Shown here: in pieces, positions 37,241 through 48,680 of the stretch
How positions within the stretch are numbered: position 1 is the stretch's first letter
Layout: the number at the start of each line of letters is the position of its first letter
Source of the DNA: Verrucomicrobiia bacterium
GTDB taxonomy: Bacteria > Verrucomicrobiota > Verrucomicrobiia > Limisphaerales > UBA11358
Length of the DNA stretch: 64,000 nt
Direction: 5' to 3'
Assembly (NCBI GenBank): GCA_031290985.1
Contig: JARLJW010000094.1
Span: forward strand, 2,368-66,367
Notes under the pieces: model-generated
The model's database searches: none
Seen by the model: only the letters and a program-made list of their open reading frames with translations
What the model was told of the DNA's origin: nothing
Made by a program: the position numbers and the translations under genes

Positions 37241-39607
37241 TTAATCCGTTATGTTGGCGCGCAAAACCCGCAGGCCATACAGGCCGCCAGCCAGATTGCC
37301 CGGATGCGCGGCGAACTTCACGGTGATGCTTTGCTTGTCTTGAGTAAGTTCGGGCGGCAACGAAAATACCACGTCAAAAAATTCACCGGCCTTGGAGTTG
37401 CCCAATTTTTGCGTGCCGATGATTTTGCCGTCCACCAGTACGTCGAATGCGCGCGCGCCAGCATCGCTGCCCCAGAACGTGGCGACGAGTTGCTGCGGCT
37501 GGCCGGACAGCACCTTCATTTCGTAGCTGAACCAGCCGGCGGCGTGGCGCCACTTGCGCCCGTAAAAATCACCGGTCTGCGTATCCTCGCCCTGCATCTT
37601 GTGATCAGTCTCGGACTGCGGCTCGCCGGGGCGGACGACATCCACCACCCGTGCTTCCTCGGACATGCGGCTCGCCTCGGTGGCGGCGATGCCGGCGGCC
37701 TGCACCTTCCAGTCGGCCTCGGAGATCAACTTCCAATAAACCGAGTAACGCTGGCGATGCAGTTCGTAAAATGGGATCAGGGTCACATCCACGGGCCGGC
37801 CGATGCCATGCGTACGGAACGTCAGTGGCCGGCCGGAACTTGGTTTGACGTGGCGGAGCAAATCAGCCGGCGCGCTCACCAACATCGGGACGGCCGGCGC
37901 GGGCAGGCGGCTGTAATCCGTTTGGTTCGGGGTCATTGGGTTCGGCATGGCCGTGTTCCCGAGTTCACCGGCCAGGACAATCGGCCCATAAAGCAGGGCG
38001 ACTTCGTTGGTCGTGCCGGGCAGAAATTCCGTGTGCAATTTCATCGGCAACTGGATTTTTACCGTATCGCCGTCGTGCCATTCACGCTGAACGGCCAGGT
38101 AGCTGCCGGGCGCGGATTTGATTTTCTGCCGGCTGCCGTTCACCGAAATTTTCAGGCCGTCGGCCGCCCAGGCGGGCTGCCGGATTTTTAACGCGAACAC
38201 CACCGGCCTCTCCGCCTTGATTTTTAAAACCGTTATGCCGCTCTCGGGAAATTTTGTCTCCTGCCGGACGGAAACCCCTTTTTCCGCCCAGTTCAATTCC
38301 GAGGCGATGAACAGATTCACATAAAGCGAATCCGCAGCGTGGAAATAAATCGTGTCGCCGTATTTGGAATGATTCTCCATGCCGGTGCCAATGCAGCACC
38401 AGAAGGAATTCTCCGGCGTCGAATAGACCTTGAAATGTCCCGGTTTGAGCGACATGAAATAAGTGAACATGCCGGTCTCCGGATCCTGCGAACCGAGGAT
38501 GTCGTTGTAGAGCGCACGTTCGTAAAAATCCATTTTCACCGCGTCCGGCTCCAGCGCGAACAGCTCGCGCGTGAGCTTGAGCATGTTGTAGGTGTTGCAG
38601 GTTTCCGCCGTGTCGGTGCCCAGGTGTTGGCCGAAATCGTTGGTCGGAAAAAAATGCTCATGGTCACTGTCGCCGCCGATGACGTAGGAACGATGCAGCG
38701 CGACTGCGTTCCAAAACGTCTGCGCCACGGTGAGGAACTGCGCGTCGCCGGTGAGTTCGTATTCCCGCGTCGCGCCGATGATCTTTGGAATTTGCGTGTT
38801 GGCATGGAGCCGGTCCAGCTTGTCCTCGCCACGCGCGAGCGGAGCAAAAACCTTCTGGTGGTTGAAGGCTTCGGCGACCCGCAGATAGTTCGTGTTGCCC
38901 GTCACCGCGTAAAGATTGGCGAGCACTTCATTCATCCCCCCGTGTTCGGTGTCGAGCGACTTCTGCATCTGCTCCGGCGTCAGGTGGTCCACGTGGAATT
39001 TCACCCAGTCAGCCATCTGCGTCAGAACCTCCAGCGCCTGCGCGTTTCCGCAGCGCTGGTTCGCCTCAAGGAGGCCGGCCATGATTTTGTGCAATGTATA
39101 CCACGGTGCCCAGACCCGCTGCCCTTGCTCCAGTCGGTCCATGAATGATTCCGGGAACGCCGATAAATAACCCTCATGGAATCCAGCGGCGGGTGAATGG
39201 CTCTGGCACTTCGCCAGTTCGCCGACAATGTAATCCGCGCGTTTTTTGAACCGCCCGTCGCCGGTGCTGGCATACATCAGCGACAGCGCCGAGAGGTAGT
39301 GGCCGAGGCTGTGGCCGCGCAACTCGCAATCCGGCGCCTCCCAGCCGCCATAAGGCTTCGCGTCTGTGGGCAGCCCGACATTGACACGGAAGCTCCGTAG
39401 CAGCCGGTCCGGATCCAGCGTCAGCAGATATTTTTGATCCCGCAACATTGCGTCGCGGAACGGGCCGTCCAGCAGCCGCACTTCTGGCAGGGGAAACGGT
39501 TCCGCGGCCCGCACCACCTTCACCGTCACCGGCTCCGCCGACGCCATCCCGACGCAGGCCAGGAAGCCTGCAAATACTGCGTAAATTTTTCCCAATGAAA
39601 ACCGCAT
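37241..39607 (-). CDS. GH127 beta-L-arabinofuranosidase-like (DUF1680) with a C-terminal extension, secreted
   Basis: Signal peptide. Motifs RGHSLGHYLSAL, GGMNEVLANLY and FWCCIGTGMENHSKYGD (GH127 Cys pair). Confidence 0.8.
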   Translation of the reverse strand: MRFSLGKIYAVFAGFLACVGMASAEPVTVKVVRAAEPFPLPEVRLLDGPFRDAMLRDQKYLLTLDPDRLLRSFRVNVGLPTDAKPYGGWEAPDCELRGHSLGHYLSALSLMYASTGDGRFKKRADYIVGELAKCQSHSPAAGFHEGYLSAFPESFMDRLEQGQRVWAPWYTLHKIMAGLLEANQRCGNAQALEVLTQMADWVKFHVDHLTPEQMQKSLDTEHGGMNEVLANLYAVTGNTNYLRVAEAFNHQKVFAPLARGEDKLDRLHANTQIPKIIGATREYELTGDAQFLTVAQTFWNAVALHRSYVIGGDSDHEHFFPTNDFGQHLGTDTAETCNTYNMLKLTRELFALEPDAVKMDFYERALYNDILGSQDPETGMFTYFMSLKPGHFKVYSTPENSFWCCIGTGMENHSKYGDTIYFHAADSLYVNLFIASELNWAEKGVSVRQETKFPESGITVLKIKAERPVVFALKIRQPAWAADGLKISVNGSRQKIKSAPGSYLAVQREWHDGDTVKIQLPMKLHTEFLPGTTNEVALLYGPIVLAGELGNTAMPNPMTPNQTDYSRLPAPAVPMLVSAPADLLRHVKPSSGRPLTFRTHGIGRPVDVTLIPFYELHRQRYSVYWKLISEADWKVQAAGIAATEASRMSEEARVVDVVRPGEPQSETDHKMQGEDTQTGDFYGRKWRHAAGWFSYEMKVLSGQPQQLVATFWGSDAGARAFDVLVDGKIIGTQKLGNSKAGEFFDVVFSLPPELTQDKQSITVKFAAHPGNLAGGLYGLRVLRANITD

Positions 39608-39613
39608 GGTTCT

Positions 39614-42001
39614 CTATTTGGTTTGGAGCCGCAACACCGTCAATGAATTGCCCGGAAACGAACGTTTCAAGGTCGTTCCGCTGAAACTCACCGCTTCCGT
39701 CTTGGGCGAAACTTTCATCGGCTCCGCCAGGGAATTTTCATCCGCCCCGCTGTCCGAGGTCAGCACGATGGCCGTCCCCTGCCCGCTCAATTTTGCATCA
39801 CCTAGATAAACCTCCGTTTCCAGCGGTTGGGCGTTCGCGTTGACCACTTTCACGATGAGGTCGCCGGTCTTCGCTTCCGTGGCGGCGACTGCGTAGAGGC
39901 TGGCCACCTTGCTTGAGGTGTCAAAGTCCACGTCGTGGATCAGCTTGCCATCGAGCCAGCATTTAACATTCTTGCCGCTCACAGTGACCTTGAGGTCATA
40001 CCAGCGGTCGGTCTCGATGTGACTGGGCTTGGAGTCGAGCGTGCCGCCGGCTTCGATGCCATCCGCCGTGTTGTTCCAGCCGCCGACGTTCCACCAGGTG
40101 CGATCTTCATCGCCGCCGATGCGAAACATGATCATAAAGCCTTCCGCACCGGAAATTTTCCGCGCCTTCAGCGTAATGGTGTAGTCCGTCCATTCGCGCT
40201 TGCCGGCGATGGCGCGGATGAATTCCTTTTCCGCCGTCTGGCGCAGTGCTCCGTCCTGCGTCTTCCACTGTGCGCCGTCACCCAACGGCTTCCACCCTTT
40301 CATCCCTCCGTTGAAGTCCGATTCAAACAAGACGCTCCCGTCCGGTGCGGTCACCTTGACGTCCTTGTATTCCGCCGCCGTGTCCCAGGTCGCCACCCCG
40401 ATCATGCCGCCCGCCGGCGCCGTCTCGGCCAGCGGCGACTCCACCGTCGTTGGCAGCGAAACGTCGCCGCGATTTTCCGCGAACAGTTTCTGAACGTAAT
40501 AGCTCGGCAGGCCATACCACTTCTCGCTGTCGAAATTGATCAGGTCGGGATTCCATGCGCGATGATTCAGATTCACGAGCAGCGGCGCGTAGCTCGCCAT
40601 GATCACGTGATCAGAATTACGCTCCAACCCGGTCATGAACGCCGCCTCGCCGATGGCGCCGCGCAGGTTGCCCAGGCCGCAATTGCGGGTCACCGCGTAT
40701 TCGCCGACAAACACCTTCGGCTCACTGCGGTTGTATTTGTCGAAATGTGTCGCGTTGCGCATGAAAAACTCCGGCGTATCGTAAAAATGTTCGTCCACGA
40801 TGTCCGCCTTCGGCGTGCTGGGATAACCACCCTGCCAGTGGTTGGCGATAAACTTGATCTCCGGGTGCTTCGCATGGATGGCGTTCACGAACAGCGGCCA
40901 GCGCTCGCGGTACGGCACGCCGCCATTCTCGTTGCCAACTTCCAGATACTTCAGGTTGAACGACGCGGGATGGCCGTTCCGGGCGCGCGCGCCGCCCCAT
41001 AACGAATTCGTCGGACCATTCGCATATTCAATCGCATCCAGCGCGTCCTGCACCCACTCGTTCATGCGGTCCATCGGGATGACTTCCTTGTGCGACATGC
41101 CCACATTGACGTCAAACAACGGCTCCGCCCCGAGGTCTTCCGCAAGCTGCAGATATTCATGATAGCCCAGGCCCTGCGTGGAATAATAGTTCCAGATGTT
41201 CCACAGCGGCTCGCGCACATCCACGTTGCCAATGGTCTTCTTCCAGTGGTTCATGTGCGCAAAATCATCGCCCTCCACCCAGCAGCCGCCGGGGAAACGG
41301 AGAAATCCCGGATGCAGCGCATCCAGCGATTCCGCCAGGTCGGGACGCAGTCCATGATTTTTCCACGTCTTTTTCGGCATCAACGAAACCATGTCGAGGT
41401 AAAGCACGCCTTTGCCGTCGCCGGAAATCTCCAGTTTCCCCTTCGGGTCGCTGCCTGTCGCGGTCAAATCAAGCGTGTGATATTCCCACCGGCCGCCGAT
41501 GTTTGAAATCTCCCCGCTGGCCAGGACCGTGCCGGTGCTGCTCAAAACTTTCACCGTCAGCGTGCCGTTGTACTTTTCACCCCGCGCCGCCAGCTTGAAC
41601 GTGTAGCCGTCGCCGGCCACGATGTTCATGCCCCAATAGCCTTCATTCTGGAGCGTGAAGGCGCCGCCCGCCTTGATGCGGAGCGATTTGCGGTTGAACG
41701 GGTTCAACGGCGGCACGGGCGGCTTGCCCTGCACGTCCGCCGTGGCGATGGTCGCCACGCTGCCGCCGCCGGCGAATGTCCAGTCGTCCGGCTTGTCCGA
41801 ATCTTCAAATGAACGGTTGCGGACGAGTTCTGGATAGATGCCGCCGTCGGCCGAAAGGTTGATGTCCTCAAAGAAAATCCCCCACAACGTCGGCGCGATG
41901 GCGTGGGCCGGATGCGCCGCATCCACGGTGATTTTCGCGGTTTGTGCATTCGCAGCCAGCACCGCAGCCGCGAGAGCGGCGGCTATAAAGAATTTTTTCA
42001 T
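39614..42001 (-). CDS. GH51 alpha-L-arabinofuranosidase with an inserted beta-sandwich domain, secreted
   Basis: Motifs GIFFEDINLSADGGIYPELVRNRSFED, LRFPGGCWVEGD, YLEVGNENGG and VFVGEYAV. Confidence 0.85.
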   Translation of the reverse strand: MKKFFIAAALAAAVLAANAQTAKITVDAAHPAHAIAPTLWGIFFEDINLSADGGIYPELVRNRSFEDSDKPDDWTFAGGGSVATIATADVQGKPPVPPLNPFNRKSLRIKAGGAFTLQNEGYWGMNIVAGDGYTFKLAARGEKYNGTLTVKVLSSTGTVLASGEISNIGGRWEYHTLDLTATGSDPKGKLEISGDGKGVLYLDMVSLMPKKTWKNHGLRPDLAESLDALHPGFLRFPGGCWVEGDDFAHMNHWKKTIGNVDVREPLWNIWNYYSTQGLGYHEYLQLAEDLGAEPLFDVNVGMSHKEVIPMDRMNEWVQDALDAIEYANGPTNSLWGGARARNGHPASFNLKYLEVGNENGGVPYRERWPLFVNAIHAKHPEIKFIANHWQGGYPSTPKADIVDEHFYDTPEFFMRNATHFDKYNRSEPKVFVGEYAVTRNCGLGNLRGAIGEAAFMTGLERNSDHVIMASYAPLLVNLNHRAWNPDLINFDSEKWYGLPSYYVQKLFAENRGDVSLPTTVESPLAETAPAGGMIGVATWDTAAEYKDVKVTAPDGSVLFESDFNGGMKGWKPLGDGAQWKTQDGALRQTAEKEFIRAIAGKREWTDYTITLKARKISGAEGFMIMFRIGGDEDRTWWNVGGWNNTADGIEAGGTLDSKPSHIETDRWYDLKVTVSGKNVKCWLDGKLIHDVDFDTSSKVASLYAVAATEAKTGDLIVKVVNANAQPLETEVYLGDAKLSGQGTAIVLTSDSGADENSLAEPMKVSPKTEAVSFSGTTLKRSFPGNSLTVLRLQTK

Positions 42002-42030
42002 GTCAAAGTATTTGCCCGCGGAAATTACGG

Positions 42031-43545
42031 TTACGCCGCCCAGCCGCCTTTCAGACCATAAGCCGCATCATTCCACGCCAGTTCCTGCTTAAACTGCCGC
42101 AGCTTCGTATCCGCATCGATCACCACGACTTCCAAGCCCGCGATCGCGCCAAAGTCCTCCAGCATCTCCGTCGTGACCGCCTGGCTGAAGCCGGTATGAT
42201 GCGCCCCACCGGCATAAATCCACGCCGCGCACGCATCCTCAAAACTCGGACGGCACTGCCACACCGCCTGCGCCACCGGCAGCTTGGGCATGGAATGTTC
42301 CGGCGTGATGCAATCCACCTCGCTGATGAGCAGGCGGAAACGGTTGCCAAAATCCATCAGCGAGGCGTTCACCGCCGCCCCGGCCGGCGTGTTGAACACC
42401 AAACGCGCCGGATCCGCCTTGCCGCCGATGCCCAGCGGATGCACCTGCAACGAAACCTTCCCATCCGCAATGCTCGGGCAGATCTCCAGCATGTGCGCGC
42501 CGAGGACCAGTTTGTTTCCCGGCTGCAAATGATAGGTATAGTCCTCCATGAACGACGTGCCGCCCTCGAGGCCGCTGGCCATCACCTTCATCGCACGGAC
42601 GAGCGCGGCGGTTTTCCAGTCGCCTTCGCCGCCAAATCCGTAGCCCGCCGCCATCATGCGCTGCGAGCCCACGCCCGGCAGTTGCGCGAGACCATGCAAA
42701 TCTTCAAACGTGTCCGTATAGCCCTTGTAGCCGCCGGCCGTCAGGAATTGCAAAATACCCAGCTCGATGCGCGCCGCTTCGCGGACAGATTTATGCCGCT
42801 TGCCGCCCTTCTTCAAGTCGGCGGTCATTTCATAAGCCCCTTCATAGGTTTTGCACAGGGCGTCCACTTCCTTTTCGGAAACTGCATTGACCACTTGGAC
42901 GAGATCGCCGACACCATGGGTGTTCACCGAGAAACCGAACTTCATCTGCGCGGAAACCTTGTCGCCTTCCGTCACGGCCACCTCGCGCATGTTGTCGCCA
43001 AAACGGACGAACTTGCCGCCCTGCCAGTCCGCCCACGCGGCGGCGGCCCGGGTCCACGCCCCGATCTTTTCCTGCGTCGCCTCTTCCTGCCAGAAACCAA
43101 CCACCACTTTGCGGTTCAGCCGCATCCGGCTCATGATGAAACCATGCTCCCGGTCGCCGTGCGCCGCCTGGTTCATGTTCATGAAATCCATGTCGATCGT
43201 CGCCCACGGCAGGTCGCGGTTATATTGCGTGTGCAGATGGCAGATGGGCTTGCGCAGTTGCTTGAGCCCGTTGATCCACATCTTCGACGGCGAGAACGTG
43301 TGGCACCAGGTCACGAGACCGATGCACTTCGCCGCATTGTTCGCCTGCTGGCAAAGTTCCGTGATGGCGTCCGGCGAAACCATCACCGGTTTGAACACGA
43401 CCTTGACCGGGATCGCGGGCGCGGCATTAAGCGCCTTGGCGATTTCCTGTGAATGTTGCGCGACCGCCTTCAAGGTTTCCGGTCCGTAAAGATGCTGGCT
43501 GCCCGTGACGAACCAGACTTCAAATTGTTTGAGGTTAATTTTCAT
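42031..43545 (-). CDS. araA: L-arabinose isomerase
   Basis: [28 protein letters not shown] matches the E. coli AraA N-terminus as recalled. The track ORF start 43644 is an upstream extension; the ATG is at 43545. Confidence 0.92.
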   Translation of the reverse strand: MKINLKQFEVWFVTGSQHLYGPETLKAVAQHSQEIAKALNAAPAIPVKVVFKPVMVSPDAITELCQQANNAAKCIGLVTWCHTFSPSKMWINGLKQLRKPICHLHTQYNRDLPWATIDMDFMNMNQAAHGDREHGFIMSRMRLNRKVVVGFWQEEATQEKIGAWTRAAAAWADWQGGKFVRFGDNMREVAVTEGDKVSAQMKFGFSVNTHGVGDLVQVVNAVSEKEVDALCKTYEGAYEMTADLKKGGKRHKSVREAARIELGILQFLTAGGYKGYTDTFEDLHGLAQLPGVGSQRMMAAGYGFGGEGDWKTAALVRAMKVMASGLEGGTSFMEDYTYHLQPGNKLVLGAHMLEICPSIADGKVSLQVHPLGIGGKADPARLVFNTPAGAAVNASLMDFGNRFRLLISEVDCITPEHSMPKLPVAQAVWQCRPSFEDACAAWIYAGGAHHTGFSQAVTTEMLEDFGAIAGLEVVVIDADTKLRQFKQELAWNDAAYGLKGGWAA

Positions 43546-43576
43546 GAAAAATGTTCTTATAAAATTGTTAAACGCC

Positions 43577-44890
43577 TCAAATGAACTCGTTGATGAGGTT
43601 CTCGAGGAATTCCTGGCGGCCGCTCGTGTTCGGTTCCACCTCACCCTTCTTCAGAATGTAGGCGTTGATTTCTTTGAGGCTCGCCTTGCCTGATTCAATC
43701 TTCGCGCCGATGCCGCTGTCCCATGACGCGTAGCGGTTCTTTACGAAGTCTGCCAGACGGCCGTCCCTCCGGATCGCCGCCGCAATCTTCAACCCCCGCG
43801 CAAACGCATCCATCCCCCCGATATGCGCATGAAACAGGTCGATGGGCTCAAAACTCTCCCGCCGCACCTTCGCATCAAAATTCACCCCGCCAGTCTTCAA
43901 GCCACCATATTTCAGGATCGAGAGCATCGTGTACGTCGTCAGGTAGATGTTCGTCGGGAACTGGTCCGTATCCCAGCCGAGCAACTCGTCCCCCGTGTTC
44001 GCATCAATCGAGCCCAACGCATCCGCCGCCCCCACCACTTCCAGCTCATGCTGCATCGTATGTCCCGCCAGCGTCGCGTGGTTCGTCTCGATGTTCAGCT
44101 TGAAGTGCGGCAACAAATCAAATTCCCGCAGAAAGTTCAGGCACGCTGCCGCGTCCGAATCATATTGATGCTTCGTCGGCTCTTTCGGCTTCGGCTCAAT
44201 GTAAAACTGCCCCTTGAAGCCGATCGCCTTCTTGTGCGCCACCGCCAGGTGCAGAAACTTCGCCAGATGTTCCTGTTCCCGCTTCATGTCCGTGTTCAGC
44301 AGCGTCATGTACCCTTCTCGCCCGCCCCAGAACGTATATCCTTCCCCGCCCAGCTCATGCGTCACTTCCAAAGCTTTCTTCACCTGCGCCGCCGCATACG
44401 CAAATACATCCGCATTGCAGCTCGTGCTCGCCCCGTGTACAAACCTTGGATTGGAAAACAGGTTCGCCGTGCCCCACAGCAGCTTGATCCCCGTCCGCTG
44501 CTGCTCCTGCTTCAGCACCTTCGCCACCGCGTCAAAATTCTTGTTGGATTCAGCCAGGTTCTTCCCTTCCGGCGCCACGTCCCGGTCATGCCAGCAATAG
44601 TACGGCGCACCCAGCTTCTCGATAAATTCAAAGGCCACCCGCGCACGGTTCTGCGCATTCTTGACGCTGTTGCTGCCGTCATCCCATGGCCGCTGCATCG
44701 TCCCCGCCCCAAACGGATCGCTCCCGGTCCCCCGGAACGTGTGCCAGTACACCACCGCAAACCGCAGATGCTCCCGCATCGTCTTCCCCGCCACCAACTC
44801 CTCCGCGTGGTAATGCTTGAACGCCAAGGGGTTTTTGGACTGCGGACCTTCGTAGATGATTTTGTTGATTTTAGGAAATGTAGATTTCAT
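43577..44890 (-). CDS. xylA: Xylose isomerase (class II)
   Basis: 437 aa, with motifs [40 protein letters not shown] and [12 protein letters not shown]. Confidence 0.95.
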   Translation of the reverse strand: MKSTFPKINKIIYEGPQSKNPLAFKHYHAEELVAGKTMREHLRFAVVYWHTFRGTGSDPFGAGTMQRPWDDGSNSVKNAQNRARVAFEFIEKLGAPYYCWHDRDVAPEGKNLAESNKNFDAVAKVLKQEQQRTGIKLLWGTANLFSNPRFVHGASTSCNADVFAYAAAQVKKALEVTHELGGEGYTFWGGREGYMTLLNTDMKREQEHLAKFLHLAVAHKKAIGFKGQFYIEPKPKEPTKHQYDSDAAACLNFLREFDLLPHFKLNIETNHATLAGHTMQHELEVVGAADALGSIDANTGDELLGWDTDQFPTNIYLTTYTMLSILKYGGLKTGGVNFDAKVRRESFEPIDLFHAHIGGMDAFARGLKIAAAIRRDGRLADFVKNRYASWDSGIGAKIESGKASLKEINAYILKKGEVEPNTSGRQEFLENLINEFI

Positions 44891-46142
44891 TTTTTGATGC
44901 GGTTGCAGGATTTAGTTTTGAAGGTTTAGCGCGGCTGGTTTCCCCCCGCGACAATTTTAATTTTGAATCCAATTCGTCCCCGGTCTCCGGCACCACCAGA
45001 CGGTCAATGCCGATGGCGACCAGGCCGGCGGCACGGCAGCGCGGAGCACCAACGCATTCGATGCTCCCAAAGCGGGCCCACATGGCGCCGTTCTGGACGG
45101 ACCGGGACACATAGTCCAGCACCGCGGGCGGCAATTCCGCAAGGCTGCCGGTGATGACGACTTGCCGCAGGCCCAGCACATTCAGCGCCGCACAGATCGC
45201 CACCGCCGCCGCATCCAGCGACTGCGTCAGCCACGGCTCGAGGCCGGTGGCCGCGATATGATCGCCCAAGGCGGCCCAGGTTTTCTTTGATTTTGGATGG
45301 GCGGCGGAAAAACTTTCGATCAGTCCACGGGTCGAAACCAAAGTCTCCACGCAACCGGTCGCGCCGCAGCCGCAGCGGCGGTGATTGCCCAGCGCCGGTG
45401 TGTGACCCAGTTCCCCGCTGATGGGCAGCGGGCTGGCAAATGGCTTGCCGCCCACGATCGCGGCGCCGCCAACACCCTCACCAAAGTCCACCAGGAGGAA
45501 ATTTTCATCTTCCGGATTGTTAAAATGATGACCGAGCGCCACCACCCGTTCCTCCTGCACCACGAGCGCCGGCAGGTTCCAGACACGACGGATGACCGCC
45601 GGCAGGTCCTGGCCTTCGCTCCAGTGGATGTTCGGGGAAAACAATATCTTGTTGGCCGGCTCATCCACGATGCCGGGCACGCTCAACAACACGCCCAGAA
45701 ATTTTTTTGAATCCAGTTTTTTGGCGGCTTCCCGCAGTTCCGCTTCCCATTGCGCGACCGGCTGGGACTTCGTGGCCGGGTTGCGGAAGGAATGCCGCCA
45801 GCGATCCTCGTCCGCATCCCCCAAAGGCAGTTCGGCCAGAGACGTCTCCTGGATGCCAAGGTGGATGCCCAAAAATCCCGGCTGCGAACGGTTTAACTGG
45901 AGCTGCCGGCCGGGCCGCCCCAACCGGGTGGCGCCGTTTCCGTTACCGTCACCGGCCTCCACGGCGTCAACTTCCTCCAGGATGTTGTCCGCGATCAGCT
46001 CATCCACAATCTTCCCCGCCGTTGGCTGGCTCATGCCAAGGGAACGCGCCAGCACGGCCCGCGACGCGATGCCGGACTTTTGCAATTGCCGCACCAAGGC
46101 GCGCTTGTTCAGCAGGCCCATTCTGGCGGGGTGGAAAATCAT
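44871..46142 (-). CDS. ROK-family transcriptional regulator
   Basis: N-terminal wHTH ([23 protein letters not shown]). ROK sugar-kinase-like core with the zinc motif [21 protein letters not shown]. The 3' end overlaps the xylA start by 20 nt. Confidence 0.85.
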   Translation of the reverse strand: MIFHPARMGLLNKRALVRQLQKSGIASRAVLARSLGMSQPTAGKIVDELIADNILEEVDAVEAGDGNGNGATRLGRPGRQLQLNRSQPGFLGIHLGIQETSLAELPLGDADEDRWRHSFRNPATKSQPVAQWEAELREAAKKLDSKKFLGVLLSVPGIVDEPANKILFSPNIHWSEGQDLPAVIRRVWNLPALVVQEERVVALGHHFNNPEDENFLLVDFGEGVGGAAIVGGKPFASPLPISGELGHTPALGNHRRCGCGATGCVETLVSTRGLIESFSAAHPKSKKTWAALGDHIAATGLEPWLTQSLDAAAVAICAALNVLGLRQVVITGSLAELPPAVLDYVSRSVQNGAMWARFGSIECVGAPRCRAAGLVAIGIDRLVVPETGDELDSKLKLSRGETSRAKPSKLNPATASKNEIYIS

Positions 46143-46308
46143 TTAATTAAGAAAACTACGAAACTCCCCCCGCTGTCAAGCGACTTCAGTAAAAATTGTT
46201 TGAACAACCCCCTTCACCCGGCATCAAAACCGGCCTCAAAATCGCCATTGCGGTTTGCCGGCTTAAGTGGAATTGTAATGCCAATGATTACGTCTGTTAA
46301 AACCGATT

Positions 46309-47145
46309 ATGTCCTTTAAAAAACTTGCCGCCGCCGCCGTCGCGCTGCTGGCCATCGTCAATTTGATCCAGGCCGATGATGCCACCGTGCTCGCCCAGGA
46401 AAACAGCATCATAATGCGAATCCAGGCAAAAATCGATGCCCACAAAACCGCCGAGTCGGATTTCAAGCCGGAACTGGCGGACTTGGACGGTTTGATTGCC
46501 GCGCAGGACCGCGGCAACACCAACGTGCTGGCTGGTCTGCTCTATAAAAAAGCCGAGTTTTACCTGGTGGCCCTCAAGGACACTGACAAGAGCGAAAAGC
46601 TTTACCGGGAAGTCAGTGAAAATTACCCCACCTACCGGCTCGCCGGTGTCGCGGCGAACATGGCCGGGCAAATCCGGCTTGATATTGAAAAACGACACAT
46701 CCAGGAGGCGCTGAAACCAGGCACCGCCTTTCCCGACTTCAGCGTCACTGGCATGGATGGGAAAAGCCTTTCCGTCTCCAACTACGCCGGCAAGATCGTG
46801 CTGGTGGATATGTGGGCGACCTGGTGCCCGCGCTGCTTGATTGAACTGCCGTCGATCATCAAACTTTACCAGGCGGACCACGCCCAAGGTTTGGAGATCA
46901 TCGGTGTGACCCTGGATAAGACGGAAGATCGCCCCAAGCTGGACGCCTTTCTCAAGAAAAATTCAGACATGAAGTGGCCCGAATACTTTGACGGCCTTTA
47001 TTGGGACAACCACTTGGCCGTGAAATATGGCGTCACCGAAACCCCTTGGAACGCCCTCATTGACCGCGATGGCAAAATCATCGGCATCAATTTGCATGAC
47101 GACGAGTTGAAGGACGCCATCAGCAAGGCGCTCAAAACAAAATAA
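46309..47145 (+). CDS. TlpA-like thiol:disulfide oxidoreductase (thioredoxin fold) with an N-terminal helical domain, secreted
   Basis: Signal peptide, and VLVDMWATWCPRC (CxxC) in an AhpC/TSA-Redoxin-like C-terminal half. Confidence 0.8.
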   Translation: MSFKKLAAAAVALLAIVNLIQADDATVLAQENSIIMRIQAKIDAHKTAESDFKPELADLDGLIAAQDRGNTNVLAGLLYKKAEFYLVALKDTDKSEKLYREVSENYPTYRLAGVAANMAGQIRLDIEKRHIQEALKPGTAFPDFSVTGMDGKSLSVSNYAGKIVLVDMWATWCPRCLIELPSIIKLYQADHAQGLEIIGVTLDKTEDRPKLDAFLKKNSDMKWPEYFDGLYWDNHLAVKYGVTETPWNALIDRDGKIIGINLHDDELKDAISKALKTK

Positions 47146-47148
47146 AAA

Positions 47149-47174
47149 ACGCCGCCCTTCACAAAGGGCGGCGT
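47149..47174. terminator. Bidirectional intrinsic terminator
   Basis: 11-bp stem ACGCCGCCCTT / AAGGGCGGCGT with a 4-nt loop, preceded by AAAAAA. It sits between convergent genes. Confidence 0.65.
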
Positions 47175-47191
47175 CCGGCTTCACCCGCGGA

Positions 47192-48481
47192 CTATTTCTT
47201 GCCCGCCAGCAAAAGTTCCGTTCCCGCCAGCAACACCACGCCGCGTCCGTGCAGGTCATCCTCCGGCTGCTGGCGTTTGATGTAATAATCCAGATCCTGG
47301 CCGATGTTCGTGCCAATGCATGTGCCGTTGACCCCGCCATCGGCGGTCACATTTTTGACGATGCCCGCGAACGCCTTGCGCGCGACTTCCATGTTTGAAG
47401 GATCGATCCAGCCGCGGTTCACCGCCCGGGCGATGCCATAGGCGAACATCGCGGTGGCGCTGGTTTCCTCCCACAATTCCGGCTTGTCCAGGACCTGACG
47501 CCACATGCCGTCAGCGGCCTGCACTTTTTTGAGCCCTTCAATCTGGGCCTTCAATATCTCGATGAGCTTCGGACGCAACGGGCTTTTTTCATCCAACGCC
47601 GACAGGGTTTCAACCAGCGTGACCGTCACCCAGCCGTTGCCGCGACCCCACTTGAACGGCGCGTGCTTCTTGTCCGCTTCAAAATAGCCATGGAACCAGA
47701 GGCCATCTGCGTCCGCTTCCAGCGCCGCCTGGTGGATGATGTTGTTCGCCGCGTCCTCGATGAATTTTTGGTCGTGGTTGTATATGCCCCAGCGCACCAG
47801 GAACACGCCGCCCATGTAAAGATCATCGGGCCAAAGCGTGCCGCCCATGTTCTTCGGCCGCCAAAAAGTGCCGTCGGGCAGGCGTTCCTGTTTGTTCACC
47901 ACCCAGTCGGCAACCCGTTCAACCACGGCCTTCTCCTCCGGTGTCACGGACTCCGGATGGCGGATCATGCTTTCAAGCATTTGATTCCCCATCGAGCCGC
48001 AACTGTCGAGATTGCCCAGCGTAATCAGTGCGCGGAGCTTGGAACCGCGGGTGAAACCATTGAGGTCGCCGCCATTCGTGACTCCGGTCTTCAAGCCCGC
48101 CAGCCAGTTGTAATACCGCGCGCAGATCTGGTCATGCTCCACGACAAATTTATCCATCGCCTTGTCGCCGGTCACATCGGTCGAGCGCAACATCCCGTAC
48201 AGCGTCACGCCCCACGGATAACTCCAGGCGATCCCCTCCGGCGCTTTCGCCGCCTTGGCCGCTTCGACCGATTTGACGGCGGCATAATCGCCGTCCACCA
48301 GCGTGTGGATCTGATGTTTGGCCACGCGCGTGATGACATCGCGTATTTCGGCATCGCTGATGCCGTTCGTCGTCTCGGCCGCCCGGGCGGTCAAACCCGC
48401 CTCCAGCAGCAACGCGGCTGATAACAGACTGATAAATTGTTTCGGCAGATGACCGGCGATGAACGGGTGTGTTTTTTTCAT
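47192..48481 (-). CDS. GH105 unsaturated rhamnogalacturonyl hydrolase-like (GH88/GH105 fold), secreted
   Basis: Motifs WSYPWGVTLYGML, WPDDLYMGGVFLVRWG and KWGRGNGWV. Confidence 0.8.
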   Translation of the reverse strand: MKKTHPFIAGHLPKQFISLLSAALLLEAGLTARAAETTNGISDAEIRDVITRVAKHQIHTLVDGDYAAVKSVEAAKAAKAPEGIAWSYPWGVTLYGMLRSTDVTGDKAMDKFVVEHDQICARYYNWLAGLKTGVTNGGDLNGFTRGSKLRALITLGNLDSCGSMGNQMLESMIRHPESVTPEEKAVVERVADWVVNKQERLPDGTFWRPKNMGGTLWPDDLYMGGVFLVRWGIYNHDQKFIEDAANNIIHQAALEADADGLWFHGYFEADKKHAPFKWGRGNGWVTVTLVETLSALDEKSPLRPKLIEILKAQIEGLKKVQAADGMWRQVLDKPELWEETSATAMFAYGIARAVNRGWIDPSNMEVARKAFAGIVKNVTADGGVNGTCIGTNIGQDLDYYIKRQQPEDDLHGRGVVLLAGTELLLAGKK

Positions 48482-48680
48482 TATGGATTAAGCTGGATTG
48501 GACGGCGGACGCATGGAAAAGTTTCGCGATTTTAACCACACCCGCCCGGATTGCACCAGAATTTAGCCCCACCACGGATAGGCACCGCGACCATCGTTGC
48601 CATTCCGCCACGGGTGCGGGTCTAGCAAACGCCGCCATCCCGTATGGCAATCTTCGAACGACTGTCGCCGCCGCCAGGTT

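Noticed and set aside
44871-44890. A 20-nt overlap between the ROK regulator 3' end and the xylA start, as a possible frameshift or fusion
   Set aside because: Both frames are intact. The xylA N-terminus ([24 protein letters not shown]) is canonical and the ROK tail is simply a low-complexity extension. This is an ordinary overlap.
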